Positions 1 through 12,300 of a DNA stretch of 64,000 bases are shown piece after piece; positions within the stretch are counted from its first letter, which is position 1; each line of letters begins with the position of its first letter. A program made the position numbers and the translations under genes. The stretch covers positions 2,642,747-2,706,746 of the forward strand of contig SMSO01000037.1 of NCBI GenBank assembly GCA_004764695.1. Reading direction: 5' to 3'. The notes under the pieces are model-generated. The model was not told the origin of the DNA. It searched no databases and worked only from the letters and a program-made list of their open reading frames with translations. The DNA comes from Schizochytrium sp. TIO01. Its lineage: Eukaryota > Protista > Bigyra: Labyrinthulomycetes.

Positions 1-177
1 CCTAACAAACATCTTGATTAGTTAACAGATTCATCCTGACTTTTATTTCCATTAGAAAAATCTGAATTAAAAGCGTTATTCATATTTCAATTAGGTAGTA
101 CACAAAGTGCCTGCCAAAGTTAATTTTCAGAGTGTTGTAAAACTCTGATCTTTATAACTTATAAACAAGTAGTTGTG

Positions 178-205
178 TAAACCTCGAGGTCCTCCTCGAG
201 GTTTA
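178..205. repeat. Perfect 12-bp inverted repeat with 4-nt loop
   Basis: TAAACCTCGAGG-TCCT-CCTCGAGGTTTA, about 60 nt upstream of the channel ATG. Confidence 0.85.
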
Positions 206-267
206 TGTCATTGTTCGCTGAGCAAGAACACAACTTCATGACGAAGTAATCATATTTTGTGAGTTCA

Positions 268-3006
268 ATGGAACATGTACGAGCTGCTGCAGCAGTTTCG
301 CCGAGCAGGTCAGCCGTAGCATCAGATCCGACAGCAACAACAGAAGATCTTGCTTCTGGCCAACCTGGTGCTGGAGCTCAGCATGGCGCAGATAAAAACT
401 CGATACGAACTAGCATTGCAGACCATGGGAGGATTCTCACAGAGCAAGTTATTGGCGAATGGGAGAGGCGGAAATCAATTCAGAAAGACTTCAGTACACA
501 TGATGACATTGGTGACATCGGTAGCCCTGAAGACAAATGCATCAACAGTATAAATGACCACGGATATAGTACTCCAAGAGTATCAATAAGCTTGGCACCA
601 AATATCTTTAGCACTGCAAAATCTCAGAGCTCGCTGTTCTCAAATAGTGAGTTACGTAGACTATCTACGATGCAATCACAGTGCCTTGATCACGGGAGGC
701 CAGAGACAATCGATGAAATTTCTGTAGCAGAGCAGGCTGTTCCTAGTATTGAAGAGACGGTTTTAGTCCAGAGCTCAAAGGATCGTCTACTGAGCGACCT
801 GAGAAACGATTGTTGCTCATGTTTGCCAGTTTTACGACCGGATTCACATGCGCGAGTATACTGGGACCTTTTAGCAGTTGTAGCACTGGTTTACATCGCC
901 TTAGTGACACCTGTTCGTATAGGGTTTGAAGTGGAGTCTAAAGCTGGAAGCTTTGATTTTATTTTTGAACAATGCTTAGATCTCTTTTTTCTGATGGACA
1001 TTGTTTTAAACTTTCGAACTGGGTACTTATCCAAAGATGGTGGGGTAGTCTTAAGGCCTACAAAGATAGCTCGAAATTATGTCCAAACTTACTTTCTTAT
1101 TGACCTCGTCAGCTCTGTGCCGATTGACCTTTTCATCAGTTCTGCTGAGCACTTGGAGTCTGCAAAAGTTCTAAAGGCTGGCAAAATTCTCAAGGTAGGG
1201 AGGATTCTCAAGTTGACTAAGCTAGCACGCCTAATGAAATTGCCTCACCTTGTAGAGCGTTTTGAAGATGACATACAAATGAGCGTGATACGGCTCAAGT
1301 TGTCACGCCTTTTGTTTGCAACAGCTTTGTTTTCTCACCTCAATGCCTGTGGATGGGCGTTGGTGTCTCATTTAACAGATTCGTTCTATTACGATTCGTG
1401 GATGCGCAAGAACGAGATGATAGATGAATCTGTTTTATCTCAGTATATCGCTGCAATCTATTGGTCGATCATGACGATGACCACGGTTGGATACGGAGAC
1501 ATTAGTCCCCAGACAGATTCAGAACGTGTATATTCGATTGCGACAATGGTCTTTGGCGGGTGCTTCTATGCATACGTTATTGCGACGCTTTCTTCAATCG
1601 TTACAAATCAAGATGCGAACCAGCGGCTTGTATCAGAACGAATGGACAGTATCCAATCATTTATGCGTATTCGCAGGTTTCCAAAGCAGCTGATGCGTCG
1701 TGTTCGGAAATACTATCGTCATTACTACGAGATGAAATCTGCTCTGCATGAGTCAGCAATCCTAGAGGATCTTTCCCCTGCTCTACGAAGCGAAGTTGTC
1801 CTTTTCTTGGTAGATCGTTCTGTGATGCAAAATCCTCTGTTTCAACAAATGTCACCGAAAAGCTTTGCTCGCCTACTACGAATTTTATATCCACTCAAAC
1901 TTGAGAAGGATGAGTTTCTTTTCCATGAGGGTGACATTGGAGAGGAAATGTTCATGATTATTTCTGGGCGAGTTCAAGTAATTGATGCAAATGGCGAAGT
2001 GCACGCGGTGCTTACCAGCGGCGCACATTTTGGCGAGCTGTGTGCCTTGGGCGTCGCAAATAGACGAACGTGCGGAATTCGGGCTTCAGAAGACTGCGAG
2101 CTATACGCTTTATCAAAGAGTGACTTTTTCGATGCGTTCGCACTGACCGAGCCAAGAACTATTGAAACGATGATCTCTTTTGCAATATCAGCTTACGAAG
2201 ATCTAGTTGTGGATGAAGAGCCAAAGAGCGTGTCTCCGTCTTCTTCGCCAACCCCTCTTAAACGTTTGCATAGCCAACTTTCTTATAAGTCCCGCATCAA
2301 CTCGCAAGGCCTTAGGATGACAAGAGAAAACAGTTATTTCACAGACAAAAGTAGAAGTAGAACCAGTAGCAATAGCAGCAATACGTATATAAACAATAGC
2401 ATGAAAGTGAATGCGGGTGTCATGCAAACAAATCCTGGGAGCATTACTTCGCAAAGATTTGATTTGAATGGTAACAACTTAAAGTCTTTTGGGCAGTCAA
2501 TGCCTGATGCATCCAAGTGTTCGGCCATCTCTGGAGAAGAGATAAACGAAACTCACAACAGTATTGCATTGACAAGTCTCGAGAATCGAATGGAACGTCT
2601 CGAAGCTATGATGATGCGTTTAGAAAGCACTTGTCAAGATATTTACAATGCTTCCATCCCAGAAGCTTTGCGCCGCCAGTCAGTACGAAGGTCCTCTGGT
2701 CGCTTTGGGGGCAGAGATATGCAAGAGTCCCCATATCTCTCTCGAGTAGTCTTCGCTCGGTCTAGGAAAGGCGATGATGATATTTCCTTCGCGGCAGTGC
2801 AAGAAACTCCAACATTTCAACAATTTATTCGCCAACGCACACGCCGAAACCTGGGGGCAAGGCGGCGAAGAACAACTTTGATGAGGCGACATGAAGCCCA
2901 GGTACGGCCACTCACCTCTGGAACCTCGCTTGGTACGCGCATCTTTCCCAGTGTTATTACAAAGCAAACTTCTTTCCTGGGTGCATCGCCAGCAGGAAGC
3001 CCTTGA
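268..3006 (+). CDS. Voltage-gated K+ channel of the cyclic-nucleotide-binding-domain superfamily (KCNH/HCN-like), 912 aa from first ATG
   Basis: Six hydrophobic segments, basic S4 (KVLKAGKILKVGRILKLTKLARLMK), pore filter TMTTVGYGD, C-linker, CNBD (GDIGEEMFMIISGRV...FGELCALG...RRTCGIRASEDCELYAL), C-terminal coiled coil LENRMERLEAMMMRLE. In-frame TAA at 247, so the first ATG (268) is used instead of GTG 259. Confidence 0.95.
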   Translation: MEHVRAAAAVSPSRSAVASDPTATTEDLASGQPGAGAQHGADKNSIRTSIADHGRILTEQVIGEWERRKSIQKDFSTHDDIGDIGSPEDKCINSINDHGYSTPRVSISLAPNIFSTAKSQSSLFSNSELRRLSTMQSQCLDHGRPETIDEISVAEQAVPSIEETVLVQSSKDRLLSDLRNDCCSCLPVLRPDSHARVYWDLLAVVALVYIALVTPVRIGFEVESKAGSFDFIFEQCLDLFFLMDIVLNFRTGYLSKDGGVVLRPTKIARNYVQTYFLIDLVSSVPIDLFISSAEHLESAKVLKAGKILKVGRILKLTKLARLMKLPHLVERFEDDIQMSVIRLKLSRLLFATALFSHLNACGWALVSHLTDSFYYDSWMRKNEMIDESVLSQYIAAIYWSIMTMTTVGYGDISPQTDSERVYSIATMVFGGCFYAYVIATLSSIVTNQDANQRLVSERMDSIQSFMRIRRFPKQLMRRVRKYYRHYYEMKSALHESAILEDLSPALRSEVVLFLVDRSVMQNPLFQQMSPKSFARLLRILYPLKLEKDEFLFHEGDIGEEMFMIISGRVQVIDANGEVHAVLTSGAHFGELCALGVANRRTCGIRASEDCELYALSKSDFFDAFALTEPRTIETMISFAISAYEDLVVDEEPKSVSPSSSPTPLKRLHSQLSYKSRINSQGLRMTRENSYFTDKSRSRTSSNSSNTYINNSMKVNAGVMQTNPGSITSQRFDLNGNNLKSFGQSMPDASKCSAISGEEINETHNSIALTSLENRMERLEAMMMRLESTCQDIYNASIPEALRRQSVRRSSGRFGGRDMQESPYLSRVVFARSRKGDDDISFAAVQETPTFQQFIRQRTRRNLGARRRRTTLMRRHEAQVRPLTSGTSLGTRIFPSVITKQTSFLGASPAGSP

Positions 3007-4708
3007 TGAACCGGAAAAGCTTTCGACGAAGAGCAGACGCATTTGTTCATAATTTTACACTTGCGTTCCCATGCATTTTGTTTTCCTTCAGCACATTCAT
3101 TAGACTCGACCTTATATAAAAATAAAGGCTTGCTATTCTTCGCGCGAAGTTGCTAAACTTGAGAGCCAAAGACCTGGTATTCTGGGCTCTTGTAGATTGA
3201 CTGAATAGATGAATCATTGCCTCGATCGCACTTTTGCATTTAGACTATGCGGCTGAATACGCAAAGAAGTTCACATGGCCCTTATTTACTTTTGAGTAAA
3301 TTTCATGAGACTACTCTACAGGATCTCGCAGCAGCCCATTATGATAGCCGAGGCCACAGATCATGAGTTTGGTTGAGCTATAGAAACAAAAGAAAGCAAC
3401 CTTTGGTATACGTTAATATTAAAGATATAACTATCTGCAATTCGCACTCAACACGAACTATAACTTCACAGATATAGCACACGTCAAAAGCCATGTGACA
3501 ATAACCATAGCCAAACTATCATCACTCAGCTACGAAATTGGTTGAGCCCAGCGACTATGACTAATCAGCAGCTCAACTCCGAACCATGCGAGCGTGTGTG
3601 AAGAACCACTTACAGCGCGTCATTTGCTTGCATTTGGAACCCCCCTCCGCCGTTATCTCTCACTTCTGCATCAGCGTCAAACCATTTTGCCAGTGAACTA
3701 ACGAAGCCACAAACCTGTACTAGTACTACGAAAGAAACTACTTTATATAAAGAACTATTTAACTTTGGACTGATTATGAAGGTGCCTCGGTAGCTAGGTA
3801 TCAGTAGAAGAAACGCAATCTTCGCTACATTTGCCATTGTGGGGAGGAGGGGAGAGGCGATTCGACCCTCTCAAAAACCAATATTTTTTCACATTCTGAA
3901 CATTCGAAAGAGTACGAGCTAGATTATGCTGACTCCGTTTGCAATTCTTTGACCTTGCTCCAAGTTTACTGCTTGGGTGCGTGCTTTCCCCCGGTCTTAA
4001 TAGGATCCCCCTAGCGGATTCAGTGGTCGAGCGTGATTCATCATTTCGATCCTTGAACTTCTCCTCATCATCTTCGAACCGATACTTGTTCTCTTTCGTT
4101 CACAACCATCACCCACTGCGTCCTTTCGAAAAGGTCGAAATGAGATCTTCGCAAAAGAAATAGATAATTCTCCTGCAATTCGGGGGTTTGCTCAATTTCT
4201 GTCGACCTGGTCGTGAGATCATTTGTATAACTAAGTGCATTTTTCAAGTTGAAAATCAATTGATCACAACTCCGCTTGAGCATTTCAAGTCCTTCGAGCT
4301 TATTGCTACTGCTTTGGCACCTCGGAAAAACTCGAACCACAGCTCTTTAGCGCTTGCCGCATCTTCTCTTCAAGTTTTCTTGTCTCACTCATTTTTTAAA
4401 AATGGTTTCTTGGAAGTGCTGCACGTGCGGTCATTTTTAAAATATATATTTTGAACACGTACCAATTTATTCATCCAAAACAAAATAAAACAAAAAGAGT
4501 TCTTTTGGAGCTACAAGTACTACTATCTATCCGGGTAAGCATAAATAAAACGCTCCAAAGGGGGTGCTTCAATCTAACTAGGAAGCTCAACAATCAGGGC
4601 TTCCTATTGCTTACTGGCTAAGTTCAAGTTGGTAGTCCCGTTTACCGAAGATTTGCTCTCGAGGCCCATTCTTTCCCGGAAGATCTTTGCATTGATCTCA
4701 TTTATTAG

Positions 4709-4750
<42 letters not shown>
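4709..4750 (+). repeat. Poly(A) tract, 42 nt
   Basis: Uninterrupted A run. Confidence 0.97.
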
Positions 4751-4754
<4 letters not shown>

Positions 4755-6354
4755 TGCGTTTTTCCGCCGAGTATAGTCAACTACATCCAAAGCTTGGGGT
4801 TCCTCCAAAGTTCAACGGGTGTGACTTTGTGCTCAAGTTAGTTGCACAAGCCTCGGCCCTCGAACGGTCGCGTCAACGTGTTTCGCTCGTTGACCTTGCT
4901 AATGCGTATTTGACTGCCAGAGGGGATTTCTTCACCTATCACGGGTGGGCGTTTTCGAGGAAAAACTGCCAAGGTAATTAATTCTATGTTTGTTACGCCA
5001 GGTTGCCTTTGTTCGTTTGTATTTCCCGTATACACCTACGCAGTTATGGTGATGGTGAAAGGTATTCATTTGCCAGGGTGCGACTCGTGCAGGTGCCGAG
5101 GATGTTGAGTTGCTTTTACTGCTGACACGTGATGGGCGATATCGTCTAGCAAACAAACCAGTTCGCGCAAGTCTCTTCATGCACGGCCCATAGTTGCTGC
5201 TTGGTGCATTACCCGTAGAATGCAAATGTTCGCTCACCCCTTTCTGTAATGCGAATGTGACCAGAGAGTCCAAAGAAAGAAGCTCCTGCAAGTGCGGAGA
5301 GTGCGTAGGATCGGAGGGTGAGAAGAGGATACACTAAACCTCAATTTCAACAAGGGTGAAGAACTCGAAGAGACCGAGGGTGGGTGGGTCCTGAAATGGG
5401 TTCGCCAATGTTAGAGTGGTCCTGATGCTTGGTTCTACTCAGGAACTGTGAAAGAAGACGAATCAATCTTTTGATGGCCGGCCGAGGGAGCAATCATGCG
5501 ACTCGGAGTGATATAGCTGTATACTCATTTCGATATAACCGAAGAGACGTCTTGCCATCTTGGGTAATTACGAAAACACGAGTCACAGGTCACCGGACTT
5601 TTCTTATAAGAAACTGCTTATGCTATTTCAATGATTCCAAGTCAACTTGCAGTGAAACATTGGAGTGATGATACTGCGCAGTTCTAACGATTTTTAGTGG
5701 AAGAAGCTTTGTCTTTACAATTGGTACAAAAGCAAATAAAGCGTATTCTTACCATTTTCGAAATGGAAAGGAAAGCAATCTTGCTAATGAAGGACCTCGA
5801 GAGATGACGATGATGATAGCAGTGATGCTCTCTTTCCTCTTTATAGCTAGGCTTCTCTTCCTGAAAGCTCAAACGCCAATCCCTCTTCTCCCACTTTCTA
5901 AAAAACTGAAATTTTCTTTTCTTAACTAAGCAGTTGAATGTCGGTCAAGTTGAGTTGTTGAATATTAGCTCCGATTCTCCCGGCCTGATATTATCCCTCA
6001 GAGCCTACCAAAAGTTCTCTCGTTCTGCTCAATCAGGCCATTCTTGTGGAGTGGCTCAGATCATCCAACCATCGGAAGTATAGCAGAGCATTATGGGGAG
6101 CGAATCTCGCTCCCTCGCAGAACTGCTGACCAAGATTCGAGGTTAATTCGACCGAAAACAAGTTCTATGATTTCCTCTCGGAAAACTTATCTTTTGCAAA
6201 ACCAGAAACGAAAAGTAGTGCTCCTCGTTGCAAATGAATCTTCATTATCAGATCAGTAATTAAAAACACTTTATATATGTCTTAACAATAAAGGAAAGTG
6301 AAGAATTAAAAAAAAAAGAAGTAACAACGAGCCTGAGGGACTCAGCAGAACCTC

Positions 6355-6381
6355 AGAGAGAGAGAGAGAGAGAGGGAGAGA
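6355..6381. repeat. (AG)n microsatellite
   Basis: AGAGAG run with one GG interruption. Confidence 0.9.
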
Positions 6382-9300
6382 ATGCAAAGCTCTTTTGCAC
6401 ATGGTGGACAGGTGTGTTCTTACAAAACTAAAAGCCAAGTGCTGCAATTTGCCATCCATACTCGGCGAAAACTAGCGGATAGGATAGTTCTTGCAATTGC
6501 TGCGATGAGCTGAGGGGTTGGGTAGGCATGCTTTAAAAAGGTGCCTATGCCAAGGGTCAGTCGAAGGACACTACACTTCACTATCGAGTGAGTGATTTTT
6601 GGTCTGCATGAGCGGAAGCAGGAGTGGGTCCGGAGTACGCACGTGCATCCAATAACAACAGTGTCAACAGTGTTACGTGCTGCGACTTTACTAGACTTTT
6701 GTAGTAGTTCCTAGCTTAGCACAACTAATATAACAGTGTTTGCTTTCTCTTTGGAGGTTGTTTCTTTCGGTTCTTCACATTGTTCGTCATAGGGAAATAG
6801 GTTTTATCCAATTCAAAGAACCAATAAACACGCCTTTGCTTGTCGTTGCCATGGTGATCGCCCCCCCCCCATGCCATTACGATGTCACTTTGATTGACAC
6901 TGCGAGAGGAGGTTGTGTTTTGCGCAAAGCCGGCGCATTGGCTTGACGCTGGCATTTAGAGAAGTGGGCCTCTGGGTCGTCGGGCCTGAGATCTTTCGTT
7001 TCTATTCGGCGGTCGTGCGTTGATGTTGGCGAGATCTTCCGGGCGTCTTTGTCAAGTCTATGCCGTCTTGAGGATGGTCTTGGAGAGATTGCAGATGCTC
7101 GAACGCTGCTCAGTATTCACCCACCATTTCTGCAGTCTCTGGCCTGGTGATTGGAAACGTGGCGAATTCGATTCGTCAGCACCGTATTCTCTACATTTTT
7201 GGACACATTTGTAGTTTTATAGGCGAGTCTCTATGAAAGCACAATCCAAATTGTGCAGAGCCATTTTAACGCCCAAGCCACTTCCAAGGAATATGTATAA
7301 TATGTATGTGATGAAGGTTAAGTGCCACTGCCCAGAACCTTTGAGTCATGAGAAGTGGCCCCTGACGTTGCAAGTACCTCTCCTTCAGGCTTCGATACAC
7401 CCGCTCGCCAAATCCCTCGCTCGCTAGCTGGGCCCCAAAATCGTCTCGAGCTGGGGCTAATAAATTACCTAAGAATCCTCTGTGACTCAGAATGCGAGCG
7501 ACGATAAAATTGACGGTGAAGGACATAATCTGCAATAAAACATAATAATCTTCAATAGTTCCGTGAGTGGCTTCACAGCAGAGAGTCGCATTTTGAAGCC
7601 TTTCTCCTGTTTATTACTTGGTAGGTCGAGAGTAGACGGCCCGTACTTGTAATTTGAGCCACATCTGAATTATCTTTATGGACCAAATAAAAGCTTCATC
7701 GTAACGGGCGAGTCTTCAAGTTTGAAGTTTAGGTTGAAGTTGAGGCTGCTCTCCATTTCCACGAAGACGTTCTTCTTCCAGTGCCAAACTTTCCAACATC
7801 GGTGCTGCGAGCAGCTAAAATCCCTCTTTCTGGAGGCTGACCTGCTCGTCGCCTTATCTTAAAGTTCCTGTTCTAATAGCAAAGTCTTCAAGTCCTACGC
7901 TACTAAATCCCCAAACGGTAACGCATTTTCCTTTCTTTAGCCTCCCCATCCATATTGTATTCGTGCTACCTCGTTCGTCAGCCTTTGAACAATCTGCTGC
8001 TACGCTGCAAGTTCAAGATCACCATGTATGTGCATGGATCATCGCAGTTTCTCCCTTACGATCGTGAGAACGAGAGGGCCTAACCCCATAGTCCCTCTAG
8101 CTATCTAGCTAGCTAGCAATTCTTAGGCACTTCGTACTTTACTTTCCACTCTCCAATGGAAGAAGAACCCAGAACCCGCTGCTTTCTCGTTCTCTCGTTC
8201 TCCCGTTCTCTTCTACTGCTTCTATGCTACTTGCTGCTCAGATTTTCGCTCCTCTCCTATCGACGTCCAGAAAAAACTTTTCCTCGTCTCGTTTGCAGGG
8301 TTCTCCTGTTTTTCCCTCTTTTCGTCCGTCTTCTTCTTCTTTGCTGTTTGTCGCTGCTTGACAGAAAGAGGAAAGAAGAAAGAAAGAAGACAGAAAGAAA
8401 GAATCAGCAAAGTAAAAGAAATAACTAGGGAGAAAGATGAGGTTAAGAGATCGCAAGCGTCCCTTCGTATTTTGCGCAAAAGGGTCGCTCCTGCTTTGTT
8501 TTACTTAAACATGAAAGAGCATTTCCCTCGCTACTGCAGTTACGACAAACTACTACTATGTAACATTTTAGTAATGATTTTATTTTCATCATTTCCATTA
8601 TTTTCAAATAGTTTTTAAAATTAAACAAAAATATTATTTATTTATTTATTTATTTAATTTTAAACACTATCTTGATAATCCTTTTTTACTATTCTTTTAA
8701 TTTTGTTAATAAAATATTATAAAAGGAAACTCATTAAGCAAACAAACAAGTTACATAAATAACATTAAAAGGAACTAGTTTTCAAAGTTTCCTAAGGAAA
8801 AAGGTCATGAAAAATTTCATTTTGAGCATTCATTCATTCATCTACATTTCCAATCCTCATCTATCTCCAAGCAGCACGTTGGTCATTCCTTCATATTCCT
8901 CTTTCCCAGGAACACAGCCAGGTAGATAGATACCCCGAAGCACCTCTGCCGAGAGAGAGACGAACAGCAAATCGCCAAGAGGCGCCAAATCCCACGCACA
9001 ATTAATAAACTAACTAATTCATGCTACTTCGCCTGATGCCACATTTGATAGATAGATACCATCTCATCTATCTATTATTCCATTATGCCCAACGATGCTC
9101 TTCTTTAGCTCTCTAGCTAGGACAAACAAAGAAAGCACTATGGCGCCCGCCTGGAAGATGGGAATGTAGCACCTTTTTCAATCTGCTCGCTCCTGGCAGG
9201 CCTCGCTGACGCCGCGGGAGGGTTTTCGGCTGCCTGCGGACTCTCCGCCGCTTACGAGCAGCTTCTCGGAACAACGCCGCTCGGCGTCGCGGCCTCCGGG

Positions 9301-12300
9301 AGCTCAGCTCCGCCCGCGCGAGCGCCTCTTCAGCGCCAGCCCGAGCTTAACGCACCTCTCAGCGTTCATTGTGGTTCTCATCTCCGCCTCCTCTGCCATG
9401 AGACGAGAGCGTTAGGACTTCGATAGCACTGCTACTGCTACTACTCCCACTACTACTACTATTAGTACTATAAGTACTACTACCACGTGCAAGTGCGCCC
9501 GTTACCCGTAGCCAGCAGTAGTACTCCTAGCCAGCAGGAGATGGGATACCGCGACAGCAGCAGAGCATTCATTGGCTGTAGCGCGAAGTACTTTCGACGG
9601 CAGTTCATGGCCCACGGCCATGTGTGCTTCGTTGGCCTCATTAGTCCTCATTTGTCCTCATTCCTGCGAATTGAGCGACATTTGCGATGAGTCGGTTTGA
9701 GTTGAGTTTGAAGAATATGCATTACATTACAACAGCGCTTGCCGTACAAATGATGAGAGTCCTGACTGATGCCTTTTCGTCTCTTACGAATTCCTTTGTA
9801 AATTCCTGCAATTCTTACAAAGAAGATTGGTCGAGCTGAATAAGCGCCGCCAGCAGTTAAAAGATCCCTCTCTTTCTCTCTGCATCCGAGCCACGCCACA
9901 TCACGTCCTCACGTCCTCACGTCCTCGCGCCAGCTTGCGCAAATTCTTCAGCAAGCTCTTCTCGACGCCGCCGCCGCGTTGGCAATGTCATTTGGGCCAA
10001 GCTTTACGACTCTCAAATCCACCAAAGATGGTGCTCAGATTGATTTGAAACAGCCGTTCAAAGCCCCTTCTATGAAGTACTAGGGAGGTACCTACCTGGC
10101 CACAGTAGGAACTTTAGAAGTAGGCCAATGGAGCCTCGGTACTAGCCTTAGCTAGGTCCTAGCTAGCCCTTAGTTCCTTTTCATCATCATGGCTGGCCAC
10201 TCCTAGCTTCTTTTAGGGTTTCGCATAGCACGTGGGTTTGTCTTTGCGAATAGAATAAGAAACAGAGGCGCCTCCTGAGCCCACGGTTCTCAATTGTGCG
10301 CGGTTTCTAGTACTGTCGTGACAGCAGTGATTAATGTTTGTGGAGATGGGAATGAGGAGGCGCGAATGATACCTACGTGTTGAGTAAATAATGAGGCTTT
10401 CTCTCTCTCTCCGTCTTTAATCTGAAGCATGAAGAAAATGCCTGCGTTACAAGGGTTTGCAAGTTTCGAAAAAGCTGCTGATCAACTGGCCCTGAGGATT
10501 GATTGCCTGGTTTCTGCTTGCTTGAAGTTGTCGAAGCTTGCGGTCAGTACGTCAATCAGTTAGTGAACTAATCAGTCTGTCAGTCAGTATGTCAGCGAGT
10601 TAGCAGTCATCCAAGTCATCCATCATCCGCGATCCCATCACTGCACGAGTTCCCAATTCGCCGCGTGCCGCTCGTAGCACTTTCGTTCGCCGCATACTTT
10701 CCACCATCAAGCCAATTTCTTATGAAATAAAGTGGCGTATTCCGTGTTCTGCCGCAGAGATTGACTTCTTTCTTCTCTAAAAAGTGAAATATCAGAAGCA
10801 CAAGAAGTACGGAAGAAACTATGTAGGGTGGGTACCTTCTCTGCAAAGCTGAAAGGCTTGAGAATTTGTAAATATCAGCAGATAAATCAATACCACTTGG
10901 GTAGTAATGGTGCCCATGACAAAGAGGCACTCCACAATCTTGAAAAGAAATAATGAATACCTTCACATGGACACTCTGAAAACTTTTCTCATTTTCGCTT
11001 CGCTCAGAAACATTTTTAATCATTGGAAAAAGTCTAGTTTGAAAAAACAAATCACGTTATGTTTAAAAACGTTTTGAAAATTAAATTGATGAAAGATATT
11101 TAAAAACTTTTTTATAAGTTAGTGATTAAAAGTAAGGGTTTCCCCGAGAGGAGCAAGCGTGCCGCGTAAGCAAAAAGTGAGAAACCAGAGGGGACATACG
11201 GTGAGCAAACATCATATAGTACTATAATACCCCCCATGGTAGGCTGCGTCCGACGCGTGTTTATTAAATTCACAAGCATCCGTGAAGGCAGTAGGGGGCA
11301 GAGAACCAACTCCATGTTCAATCGACGGCTTTGCTTAAAACTGAGGATTCTATTTTATGTTGAAACTTACAAGATTTGATTGATGCATGAATGAAAGAAA
11401 CCACTTAGGCCCACTGCATTTTAAAATATACTAGACCTATCTACCTACCTACTTAGTAATATTATTTTTTCACAGTAATAGTAATTCAAGTTTTATCAGC
11501 TCTTCTTCTTTTCCCCTTGTTTGTTCTTCCTCTTCCAAGACTACAGAAATTTTCTGTCAAATCTTCAATCTCGACGCAGGAAGAAGCGCACGTACCAAGT
11601 AACCGAAGGAAGGACCGCTTCCACTGTTGTTTATTCGTTTGGCCGGCCGTTCGATCGTCAGCCTATAAGCTCTTGCCCGCCACCAGTAACGCATCCATGA
11701 GGTCTTCGAAGTTGCCGTGAGGGCGGAAACTGAAGATAAATGATAAAGGGAATCACTTGAAGAGAGGCCCCTCGATTGATTGCAGGAGGGAGGCGCAATC
11801 TGAAAGACCATATCCACTGGTCCGGTAGCAGTTACTAAGCGAAAAATAGCTGGAGAATACTAGGTTAAGTGATTAAAATGATCCGACGAGCTCAGCTCAC
11901 CGGGGCTCGGCTGTGATATTTAAGTACCCTTGCAGGGAATTATATGGTACCATACATACAAAACATGCACAGCTTGAACGCCAACATCGCCGCCTGCTTG
12001 GGGATGTTCCCAATGGTGCGTATTGATAGTTTTTTCATTAAATGATTTATTATCCTATTCATGAAGTGTCGTTTGATCTCAGAAGAGAAGTGCATCCATA
12101 CATAAAAAAACATGAATATATGCTTTTTTTCGAGTTCAAGGTGTATACCCCTAAAGCAAGTTAGTGGAGGAAAACCAACACCAACAGCGCGAAGGCTCAG
12201 GAAATGTCGCGTCTGGTGCAGGCTAATAGAAACTTCCTTGGGATTCCATTTCGTGGACTGATTATCCAGTATGGTATCCTATCCACCTGTTTTTTTAAAA

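Noticed and set aside
3840-3880. tRNA T-arm-like GATTCGACCC
   Set aside because: No acceptor stem, D arm or anticodon arm can be formed around it.
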